From NCBI GenBank assembly GCA_033791445.1, contig JASJGS010000044.1, positions 833 to 64,832 of the forward strand: 64,000 nt of DNA, written 5' to 3'. Below the pieces are notes generated by a model. That model ran no database searches, was not told where the DNA came from, and saw only the letters and a program-made list of their open reading frames with translations. Position 1 is the stretch's first letter. Each line of letters starts with the position of its first letter. This document shows positions 56,637 to 64,000 of the stretch, one piece after another. Both the position numbers and the translations under genes were made by a program. The stretch is from Bacteroidales bacterium. Its GTDB lineage: Bacteria; Bacteroidota; Bacteroidia; Bacteroidales; VadinHA17.

Positions 56637-57554
56637 CTGCTCATTTTTGAGATTTTGAGCGAAAGATTCTGAGATGTAGTTTTCATCTGACATGCATACA
56701 TTGGATGCAAATTGAATGCCGGTTTGAACTAAAAAGTCCCAATCGGTATTTACTAGGGCTATAAGATCATCTCTTATGATTTTCTTTTTGTTCAGACTAT
56801 AAATTAGTCCTGCATTAAAATTGTCTCCAGCTCCAATGGTTGAAACGGGGGTAATCTCAGGTGTAATGAAATGTTTTTGATAATACTTTGTTTGCAATAA
56901 TACTCCCTGCTTGCCCATGGTGTAGATCAAACACGGGTTAACTGTTTTTATTTTGCTAAATACTTGTATTGGATCCTCCGTATTAAATATATAGTTAAAG
57001 TCTTCATCAGATCCTCTAACAATATCAGCAAGTAGAATATTTTCCTCTATAATAGGTATTAAAGTGGAAATCTCATCTAAATGAACCTCCCTGAAATTTG
57101 GATCATAAACAATTAATGCCCCTGCACTCCTGGCCTGTGATATTATCTTCTTTACTTTTTCCCTGAGCAGCGGATTTATTGCAAACCACGATCCCATCAA
57201 AAAGATATCATCTCCAGTAAATTCAGGGAGTGGTATATTAAATCTTTCCGCAGGAGGATCAGAAAAGAATTTATACCGGGCCTCATTCCTATCATTCAAA
57301 ATAGCATTTGAAATGGTCGTTTTGCCATCCTTATGACGGTATACATTTTCAAGGCTAACATTATTCTTTTGAAAAAAAATCTCCAGTTTTGCCCCATCTT
57401 CATCGAGTCCGAATTCAGTTAAAATATGGACGGGAAGGTTTAGGCGTCCTAATGAAACGGCAGTATTGATTGCAGATCCACCAGCAATGGCTTTAATTTG
57501 TTTTCCCTCTTTGAAAATTAATTCTAATAGGCATTCCCCAAGTGTATAAATCAT
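56622..57554 (-). CDS. PfkB-family carbohydrate kinase (fructokinase-like)
   Basis: 310 aa. AGGSAINTAV near the N-terminus and GAGDNFNAGLIY (PfkB signature 2). Its 3' end overlaps the convergent dehydrogenase gene by 15 nt. Confidence 0.85.
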   Translation of the reverse strand: MIYTLGECLLELIFKEGKQIKAIAGGSAINTAVSLGRLNLPVHILTEFGLDEDGAKLEIFFQKNNVSLENVYRHKDGKTTISNAILNDRNEARYKFFSDPPAERFNIPLPEFTGDDIFLMGSWFAINPLLREKVKKIISQARSAGALIVYDPNFREVHLDEISTLIPIIEENILLADIVRGSDEDFNYIFNTEDPIQVFSKIKTVNPCLIYTMGKQGVLLQTKYYQKHFITPEITPVSTIGAGDNFNAGLIYSLNKKKIIRDDLIALVNTDWDFLVQTGIQFASNVCMSDENYISESFAQNLKNEQLGKF

Positions 57555-57557
57555 GAT

Positions 57558-59078
57558 CTAACTATTTTTTAAAACAGATATATCTAAGCCTTCCTGTGTA
57601 TTAATAAAATCGATAAGTTTTCTCTGAATAAAGTTTACTCCACCGCTGGATTCTGACTCAATATTCAACGGCATAACCGGGTCATGTAAGGACATGCGTA
57701 AAAGAAACCAACCATCGCCATGATTTTTGTCGCATTTTACCCGTATCCCTTCATAGTTATCCGGCACAATAGACCACCCCTCTACCTTTTTTGAATAGGC
57801 CTCTATTTCATGGAGTATTTTCAAACCTCTGTCCTTAAAGTTTTCATCCAGGATTTTTATCCTGTACTCTTCTGATTCTAAAGGAATATTGAGATCTGCA
57901 ATAAGATCTGCCAGCATTCCTTGTCCTTCAATCTTCATTCTGGCCATTTTTACTAGGATAAGTGCAGCCAGGTAGGCCCCATCATCCAACCATTGATTCT
58001 CCTTTATCGCCGCATGGCCGGAGGTTTCTATGGCCAGATGGCACTCCTTTCCATTATTATCAAGAGAAATACCCTCATTAATAACGTTTCTGTAGCCTCG
58101 CTTAAACCGGTGATGCTTCCCTTTGAGTTTTAGGTTGATAAATTGATTTAGACCATCAGAAGTAATAGAGTCAGTTACTATCCAACTTTGTGGGTATTTT
58201 TCAAGGACAATAGCTGAAACCAGGGCTATCAGGCTATTTCTGTTCATTGGATTCCCCTGGTGGTCAACAAAAGCAGCCCTGTCAACATCCGTATCAAAGA
58301 TAATACCCAGATCTGCCTTATGATGAATTACAGCTTCGGTAATTGCTTGCATAGCCTCCGAATTTTCAGGATTTGGAATATGATTCGGAAACATTCCATC
58401 CGGTTCCAGAAAAAGGCTGTTTTGAATCTCTGCTCCCAATGGTTCAAGTACTTTGCTGGCGAAAAATCCGCCGGAACCATTACCTGCATCAACAATAATC
58501 TTAAATCCCTTTAATGCCAGGTCATTTTTCTTATAAGGGTCAATCCCATGGCTAATAATATCTCGTAAATGAGTACTATATCTGTCCATTAAATCAATTT
58601 TTTCAATCCTGGTTTCGGAACTACTTGTATTATCAAGTTGCTCAGCAATTTCAAGAATGGCACTGATGTCTTTTTTTTCTAAGCCCCCAACTGGAGTAAA
58701 AAATTTCATCCCGTTTCTGTTAAAGGGGAGATGACTGGCGGTAATCATAATGGCTCCATTCATTCCATATTCCTCAAATTGAGTACTCATGAACATGGCA
58801 GGAGTGGAAGCTATCCCAGCATCATAAACTTTACCTGATTCAGCATTAATACCCGAGCTAATAGCTTTTTTTAAGTCATTTCCTGTAATTCTGGGGTCTC
58901 TGCCAATGGCTATTTTTAGTGGCTTTATTGCCATGGGTGAATTAGATCCCAGCCAGATTAGAAATGCCCTTCCAAGTAGATAAGCCACATTTCCATCTAA
59001 ATTAACTTTTTCTCCTTCTATTCCATCTATGGCAACTCCTCTGATATCGGAGCCATTCTGCAGTTTTTTCCAATCCAT
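57558..59078 (-). CDS. Phosphomannomutase/phosphoglucomutase (alpha-D-phosphohexomutase family)
   Basis: 506 aa. Active-site loop ITASHLPFNRNG and metal-binding FDTDVDR. Confidence 0.9.
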   Translation of the reverse strand: MDWKKLQNGSDIRGVAIDGIEGEKVNLDGNVAYLLGRAFLIWLGSNSPMAIKPLKIAIGRDPRITGNDLKKAISSGINAESGKVYDAGIASTPAMFMSTQFEEYGMNGAIMITASHLPFNRNGMKFFTPVGGLEKKDISAILEIAEQLDNTSSSETRIEKIDLMDRYSTHLRDIISHGIDPYKKNDLALKGFKIIVDAGNGSGGFFASKVLEPLGAEIQNSLFLEPDGMFPNHIPNPENSEAMQAITEAVIHHKADLGIIFDTDVDRAAFVDHQGNPMNRNSLIALVSAIVLEKYPQSWIVTDSITSDGLNQFINLKLKGKHHRFKRGYRNVINEGISLDNNGKECHLAIETSGHAAIKENQWLDDGAYLAALILVKMARMKIEGQGMLADLIADLNIPLESEEYRIKILDENFKDRGLKILHEIEAYSKKVEGWSIVPDNYEGIRVKCDKNHGDGWFLLRMSLHDPVMPLNIESESSGGVNFIQRKLIDFINTQEGLDISVLKNS

Positions 59079-59291
59079 TGGATTTATATTTTAATTTATT
59101 AATTCTTACTTTAGCAAAAGTATAAAATTTGATAAATGCATGCTACAATATCATTAGAATGAACTGAAACTTTTTTTGAGGACTCGTATTTTTTTTGCAA
59201 ACTCCAATAATTGTGTATATGTTAGAAGTTTAAAAAGTACAATTGTATTTATCTTAAAGAAATTCTATTATTTAACTTAATTGTATGTATT

Positions 59292-59993
59292 ATGGTGAGA
59301 AAATTAGGAGCAGAATTTATTGGGACCTTCTGGTTAGTACTTGGAGGAGCTGGAAGTGCTGTTCTGGCAGCTTCATTTCCTGATGTAGGAATTGGCCTGT
59401 TGGGAGTTTCCATCGCGTTTGGGCTTACCGTTCTTACAATGGTGTATGCCATTGGACATATTTCCGGTTGCCATTTAAATCCGGCTGTATCTTTTGGTTT
59501 ATGGTCTGGTGGTAGGTTCCCTGCTTCAGATCTGGTTCCATATATTATTTCGCAGGTTTTGGGTGCCATTGCGGCTGCTGGAGTCCTGTACTTCATAGCA
59601 AGTGGAAAGGCTGGCTTTGATATTAGCAGCGGTTTGGCTTCAAACGGATATGGAGAACATTCACCAGGAGGCTATTCCCTTATATCTGGCCTGGTTATTG
59701 AAATTGTTATGACATTTATGTTTGTTCTCGTTATTATGGGAGCTACTGATAAGCGTGCTCCAAAAGGTTTTGCTGGTATCGCAATAGGCCTTATGCTGAC
59801 GCTGATTCATTTAATTAGTATACCAGTTACAAATACCTCAGTAAATCCTGCTCGTAGTACTGGTCCTGCAATATTTGTAGGAGATTGGGCATTATCACAA
59901 TTGTGGATGTTTTGGGTAGCACCTATTGCCGGAGCCATTCTGGCTGGTCTCGCTTACCGTGTATTTTTTGAAGAAAAGAAAGTAGAAGAATAG
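59292..59993 (+). CDS. aqpZ: Aquaporin Z
   Basis: 233 aa. Two NPA boxes (HLNPAVS, VNPARS) and N-terminal [16 protein letters not shown]. Confidence 0.95.
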   Translation: MVRKLGAEFIGTFWLVLGGAGSAVLAASFPDVGIGLLGVSIAFGLTVLTMVYAIGHISGCHLNPAVSFGLWSGGRFPASDLVPYIISQVLGAIAAAGVLYFIASGKAGFDISSGLASNGYGEHSPGGYSLISGLVIEIVMTFMFVLVIMGATDKRAPKGFAGIAIGLMLTLIHLISIPVTNTSVNPARSTGPAIFVGDWALSQLWMFWVAPIAGAILAGLAYRVFFEEKKVEE

Positions 59994-60092
59994 GCTTGTT
60001 TTTTCTTGCCAGATATCAAATAAAAGTTTAAAATAGTTGGGTAAAAAAACTATTTTGAACTTTGTTGTTTTATAAATAATAAATTCTAGAGT

Positions 60093-60953
60093 ATGAATGT
60101 TTCAGATTTTTTAGTAAAAGAGGAAGAAAAAGTAGATTTAAAGAATTACCACACCTGTATTCCCAATAATGGTGTAACCAAAAAAGAAGCCAAAAGAGAC
60201 CTGGAGGATAATCTCGAGAGAATGGCTGAGCTTCAGGATATTCTCTATGCTTATAACAAATATGGTCTTCTAATAATTTTCCAGGCTATGGATGCAGCCG
60301 GGAAAGATAGTGCCATCAAGCATGTTATGACAGGCGTAAATCCGCAGGGAACGCAAGTTTTTAGCTTTAAGCAACCCTCAAAAAATGAACTTGATCATGA
60401 CTATCTATGGAGGACCTCCAAATCACTGCCTGAAAGGGGTCGTATTGGAATATTTAACAGGTCCTATTATGAAGAGGTATTGGTAGTTAAGGTTCATAAT
60501 CTTATTAAATATCAAAATTTACCGGAAGAGTTTACAAAAGGGAATATATGGGAGAGAAGATATCGTCAGATTCGGGATTTTGAAAGGTATGCCCATGAAA
60601 ATGGAATTATTACGATAAAATTTTTCCTCCATCTTTCAAAGGAAGAACAAAAGCAAAGGTTTCTGAAAAGGTTGGAGACACCATCCAAAAATTGGAAGTT
60701 TTCTGCTTCTGATCTGAAGGAAAGAGAACATTGGGATGAATACCAGAAATGTTACCAGGAAGCCATATCTGAAACAAGCACAGTAGATTCTCCCTGGTAT
60801 ATTATCCCGGCGGATGAAAAGCCCTATGCCAGGTACCTGATTTCAGAAGCAATTATCAATACACTTGAAAGTTTTGATATGAAATACCCCAGCTTGAGCG
60901 AAGATCAAATTAAAAATCTGGAGTTATATAAAAAGCAATTGTCCGAAGAATAA
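60093..60953 (+). CDS. ppk2: Polyphosphate kinase 2 family protein (single PPK2 domain)
   Basis: 286 aa. FQAMDAAGKDSAIKHV (Walker A-like) and RSYYEEVLVVKVH. Confidence 0.9.
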   Translation: MNVSDFLVKEEEKVDLKNYHTCIPNNGVTKKEAKRDLEDNLERMAELQDILYAYNKYGLLIIFQAMDAAGKDSAIKHVMTGVNPQGTQVFSFKQPSKNELDHDYLWRTSKSLPERGRIGIFNRSYYEEVLVVKVHNLIKYQNLPEEFTKGNIWERRYRQIRDFERYAHENGIITIKFFLHLSKEEQKQRFLKRLETPSKNWKFSASDLKEREHWDEYQKCYQEAISETSTVDSPWYIIPADEKPYARYLISEAIINTLESFDMKYPSLSEDQIKNLELYKKQLSEE

Positions 60954-60960
60954 GGGAGAT

Positions 60961-61572
60961 CTATTTATTTTTTTGTGCAGCTTGTCTTGATTTTGATCCA
61001 AGATATCCACCATGGTGCCTTAAAGCATAATCCTGGGCTGAAAAATCAATCTTTTTCATCATACAAACTACCAATGCATCACCAATTACTGTCATAACAG
61101 TAGTTGAGGTGGTAGGAGATAGGCCAAGTGGACAAACTTCTTTTGGATTACCAGTTTGTATCAACACATCAGCCAGCCTGGCGAGAGGACTATCTTCCTG
61201 ACTGCTTATGACAATAATTGGCAAGTTTGGATTCAGGTTTTTTGCCAATTCTACAAGTTCTATTATTTCCCTCGTTTTTCCGGAATTCGAAATCAGAAGA
61301 AATACATCATTCCTCTGGATAACTCCTAAATCCCCATGTTGTGCATCGCTGGGATGTAAAAATATGGAAGGGGTTCCTGTTGAACTAAATGTAGTAGCAA
61401 TATTGATGGCAATCTGACCCGCTTTTCCCATCCCGCTGGTAATAACCTTCCCATGCTGATTATGAACTTTTTCATATATCAGATCCAATGCCTCATCAAA
61501 ATCGGTGGTTACTGGGATATTTAAGATTGCACTGGCCTCATCTCTGAGTATCTGTTTAATAGTATCTGACAT
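60961..61572 (-). CDS. SIS-domain sugar-phosphate isomerase-like protein (KpsF/GutQ N-terminal type, no CBS pair)
   Basis: 203 aa. GKVITSGMGKAGQIA and LLISNSGKTRE blocks are typical of SIS domains. Confidence 0.8.
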   Translation of the reverse strand: MSDTIKQILRDEASAILNIPVTTDFDEALDLIYEKVHNQHGKVITSGMGKAGQIAINIATTFSSTGTPSIFLHPSDAQHGDLGVIQRNDVFLLISNSGKTREIIELVELAKNLNPNLPIIVISSQEDSPLARLADVLIQTGNPKEVCPLGLSPTTSTTVMTVIGDALVVCMMKKIDFSAQDYALRHHGGYLGSKSRQAAQKNK

Positions 61573-61795
61573 AATAAATTTATTTCAAGTGAATTTGCAA
61601 ACATAATCAAATTCACATTTATCTTTATTTGATAAGGTTGATTAATTCCAGAAAAAGTCAGGTGATCCTTACTAAGTAAAAAAGTTCCAGGTATGGAAAA
61701 AACATGATGGTGCTTAAAGAAATATCTGAGGCATTTTTGTTAATTTAGCCATCCTTAATATTTCCTGAGTTTCCCAATTGTAAATTCGACTGATT

Positions 61796-62899
61796 ATGCA
61801 CATAGAAAACGATAAAAGAATAGTAATGACTCTTGATGCCGGTGGTACGAATTTTGTTTTTTCAGCTATGCAGGGTGGTAAAGAAATAGTTGAAACTATA
61901 AGCCTGCCATCCAATGCATCAAATCTTGATCTTTGCCTCGAAACTCTGGTTAAAGGATTTAGTAGCATTCGGCAATCGCTAAAAATAGAACCGGAAGCGA
62001 TTAGTTTTGCCTTTCCCGGTCCGAGTGATTACCCGGCCGGAGTGATAGGTGATTTGCCAAACCTTCCTGCATTCAGGGGAGGGATAGCTCTGGGTCCAAT
62101 GTTGGAACATGAATTTAAAATGCCTGTCTATATTAATAATGACGGGAGTTTATTTGCTTACGGTGAGGCTATTGCAGGATTTCTACCATACATTAATGGC
62201 TTATTGGAAAAGGGTGGTAGTCCCAAAATATATAAGAATCTTATTGGGTTTACACTGGGAACGGGTTTTGGAGGAGGTATTGTAATAAATGGAAAGTTGT
62301 TGGTGGGAGATAATTCTCTTGGAGCAGAGGCATGGCTGCTTCGTGATAACAGTGATTTGACAATGAATGTGGAAGAAAGTATTAGCATTCGCGCAATAAA
62401 AAAAGCTTATGCATCTTTTGCAAACATTAGTATTGACCTTGCCCCAGAACCGAAGGATATTTTTGAAATTGCCATGGGGCTGCAAAAAGGAGATGAAAAT
62501 GCTGCTGTAAAATCTTATGAAAAGATGGCTACTGCCCTGGGAGAAGCAATGGCAACAGTAGTGACCCTGGTAGATGGACTGGTTGTCATTGGAGGTGGTA
62601 TTTCTGCGGCTCACCCTATATTTCTTAAGAAAACAGTGGAAGCTATGAATAGTTCCTTTACCACACCTGGAGGGGAAAAATTTCCACGCCTGGCAGAAAG
62701 AGTGTTCAACCTGGAGAATGAAGATAGCCTGAGACAGTTTATTAAGGGGGAATCGAAGCAGATCAATATTCCACACACAAACAAAAAATTATTGTATGAC
62801 CCATTGGCCAGAACAGGAGTTGGAATATCCAGATATGGCACCAGTCGCTCTATTGCATTGGGTGCCTATGCTTTTGCTCTGGATAAGCTGGATGAATAA
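61796..62899 (+). CDS. ROK/ASKHA-family sugar kinase-like protein (lacks the Cys-rich Zn motif)
   Basis: 367 aa. N-terminal phosphate-1 motif LDAGGTNF and TLGTGFGGGIVINGKL. No CxCGxxGC motif is visible. Confidence 0.65.
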   Translation: MHIENDKRIVMTLDAGGTNFVFSAMQGGKEIVETISLPSNASNLDLCLETLVKGFSSIRQSLKIEPEAISFAFPGPSDYPAGVIGDLPNLPAFRGGIALGPMLEHEFKMPVYINNDGSLFAYGEAIAGFLPYINGLLEKGGSPKIYKNLIGFTLGTGFGGGIVINGKLLVGDNSLGAEAWLLRDNSDLTMNVEESISIRAIKKAYASFANISIDLAPEPKDIFEIAMGLQKGDENAAVKSYEKMATALGEAMATVVTLVDGLVVIGGGISAAHPIFLKKTVEAMNSSFTTPGGEKFPRLAERVFNLENEDSLRQFIKGESKQINIPHTNKKLLYDPLARTGVGISRYGTSRSIALGAYAFALDKLDE

Positions 62900-62926
62900 A
62901 ATTACCTAATGTAGAAAACATATATC

Positions 62927-64000
62927 ATGAAAATAGATTTTAGGGAACTAAAACCAGACTCTAGCCAGAGTCATTTTGAAAAAGTTCCGGTTATGATTTT
63001 TGAAAATGCCGGAGAGGCTTCATTAAAGGTGGCAAAAGAGATTGCTTCTCTTATTAGAGAAAAAAATAAGCAGGGAAAATCCTGCGTTTTAGGCCTTCCA
63101 ACTGGTTCAACACCCATTGGGGTATACGTGGAGTTAGTTCGCTTGCATGAAGAGGAAGGATTGAGCTTTGAGAATGTGGTAACTTTCAATACCGATGAAT
63201 ATTACCCGATAGAACCCACAAAGCTCCAGAGTTTCAGCCGGTATATGCAGGAATATCTATTTAATCATATAGATATAAAAGCAGAAAATATTCATATCCC
63301 TGATGGAACGATTTCCATTGATAAAGTAACGGAGTATTGTAGAGATTATGAGAAGAGTATTATCGATAGCGGTGGAATTGATCTTCAGTTACTTGGAATT
63401 GGAAGAACAGGTCACATTGGATTCAATGAGCCTGGTTCAGGAAAGGAATCAAGAACTCGTTTAATAACTCTTGATCACGTTACAAGGGCGGGTTCAGCCA
63501 GTGATTTTTTTGGAGAGGAAAATGTTCCACGCCGGGCTATAACTATGGGAGTAGGAACTTTCCTGGAGGCCAAAAGAATAATTTTGATGGCCTGGGGCGA
63601 GGGAAAAGCCACCGTAATAAAGGATATGGTTGAAGGTCCTAAAACCGAGGCCCTGCCTGCCAGTTATATTCAGGATCATCCACAGGCAATAGTTGTTCTT
63701 GGCTCGGCTTCTTCTGCGGAGCTAACACGAATCAATACTCCATGGTTGGTTGAAATTGTCAAATGGGATGAACGGATAATTCGTAAAGCGGTAGTTTGGC
63801 TCTGCCAGAAGGTGGACAAGCCAATTTTAAAACTTACCAACAGAGATTACAACGATAATGGAATGAGTGACCTGGCAGCAGAATATGGTTCAGCCTACCA
63901 GATAAATCTCGAGATTTTTAATGCTCTTCAACATACCATTACTGGCTGGCCTGGAGGTAAACCAAATGCGGACGATAGCCAGCGGCCTGAAAGAGCTGTC
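62927..64000 (+). CDS. nagB: Glucosamine-6-phosphate deaminase, long form (3' end beyond the window)
   Basis: Absent from the ORF track (no stop in the window). My translation from ATG 62927 reads MKIDFRELK...VLGLPTGSTPIGVY...TFNTDEYYP...LLGIGRTGHIGFNEPGS.... The frame stays open for 358 codons, well past the length of a canonical short NagB of about 266 aa. Confidence 0.9.
   Translation, partial: MKIDFRELKPDSSQSHFEKVPVMIFENAGEASLKVAKEIASLIREKNKQGKSCVLGLPTGSTPIGVYVELVRLHEEEGLSFENVVTFNTDEYYPIEPTKLQSFSRYMQEYLFNHIDIKAENIHIPDGTISIDKVTEYCRDYEKSIIDSGGIDLQLLGIGRTGHIGFNEPGSGKESRTRLITLDHVTRAGSASDFFGEENVPRRAITMGVGTFLEAKRIILMAWGEGKATVIKDMVEGPKTEALPASYIQDHPQAIVVLGSASSAELTRINTPWLVEIVKWDERIIRKAVVWLCQKVDKPILKLTNRDYNDNGMSDLAAEYGSAYQINLEIFNALQHTITGWPGGKPNADDSQRPERAV

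Noticed and set aside
60029-60055. AT-only hairpin (AAAATAGTT ... AACTATTTT) after aqpZ as a terminator.
   Set aside because: The stem contains almost no G-C pairs and the loop is A-rich. It is too weak to call.
931-63679. Dozens of 60-190-aa ORFs in the supplied track that lie antisense to, or out of frame within, long well-supported CDSs. Examples: 931-1143, 2108-2398, 7988-8383, 12872-13318, 21090-21482, 26601-27081, 31391-31921, 46162-46518, 59249-59596, 62201-62776.
   Set aside because: Each is fully nested in a gene with clear family motifs. The translations are low-complexity or biased shadow frames. None has independent start context or family resemblance.

Overview
AT-rich 64-kb window. 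The gene content points to a Bacteroidota-like, probably marine and anaerobe-capable genome: many S1 sulfatases and glycoside hydrolases with lipoprotein-type signal peptides, fused E1 alpha-beta, a long-form NagB, and no PTS. This lineage call is an inference.

Layout, left to right:
(1) 1-13540: a mostly minus-strand sulfated-glycan/fucoside degradation cluster. It holds a GH2 fragment, three formylglycine-type sulfatases, a beta-propeller GH-like lipoprotein, a PhoD-like metallophosphoesterase, a DUF4091-like protein, a GH29 alpha-L-fucosidase and an oppositely oriented MFS transporter. No SusC/SusD pair is present in the window.
(2) 13970-19288: a DHp+receiver protein without a kinase ATPase domain, an AsmA-like giant protein, an ACT-like protein and a CYTH protein.
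(3) 19301-19550: a degenerate 8-bp-periodic repeat array, followed by overlapping lysC-lysA.
(4) 23086-32264: a [NiFe]-hydrogenase island. It contains a small ORF, hyaA, hyaB and hyaC, then an intrinsic terminator, then hyaD translationally coupled to an SDR. It also contains a sensor-less sigma54 activator and hypC-hypD-hypE. A canonical -24/-12 promoter and a perfect 28-bp palindrome sit upstream of the structural operon.
(5) 32357-40531: a NahK-like kinase, a Na+/solute symporter, a Tat-exported GH109-like oxidoreductase, an NTF2-like protein and a GH106-like hydrolase.
(6) 40602-45732: fucI-fucK-SDR and a GntR regulator.
(7) 45983-49808: 2-oxoacid dehydrogenase E2 plus a fused E1 alpha-beta.
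(8) 49864-56636: an orphan DUF5706/Pycsar-effector-like membrane protein, then an operon of PHP protein, N-extended SrlD-like SDR, two tandem secreted paralogs of unknown function and a SorE-like Zn-dehydrogenase.
(9) 56622-64000: PfkB kinase, phosphohexomutase, aqpZ, PPK2, SIS protein, ROK kinase and a partial long-form nagB.

I found no tRNA, rRNA, CRISPR array, transposase or integrase.

The most interesting candidates are:
- the sigma54 / sensor-less-bEBP control module of an O2-tolerant-type hydrogenase;
- the pair of secreted CotH-like paralogs embedded in a cytoplasmic hexitol-phosphate operon;
- the 8-bp periodic array upstream of lysC.

All family assignments come from motifs I read in the translations. 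No database search was run.
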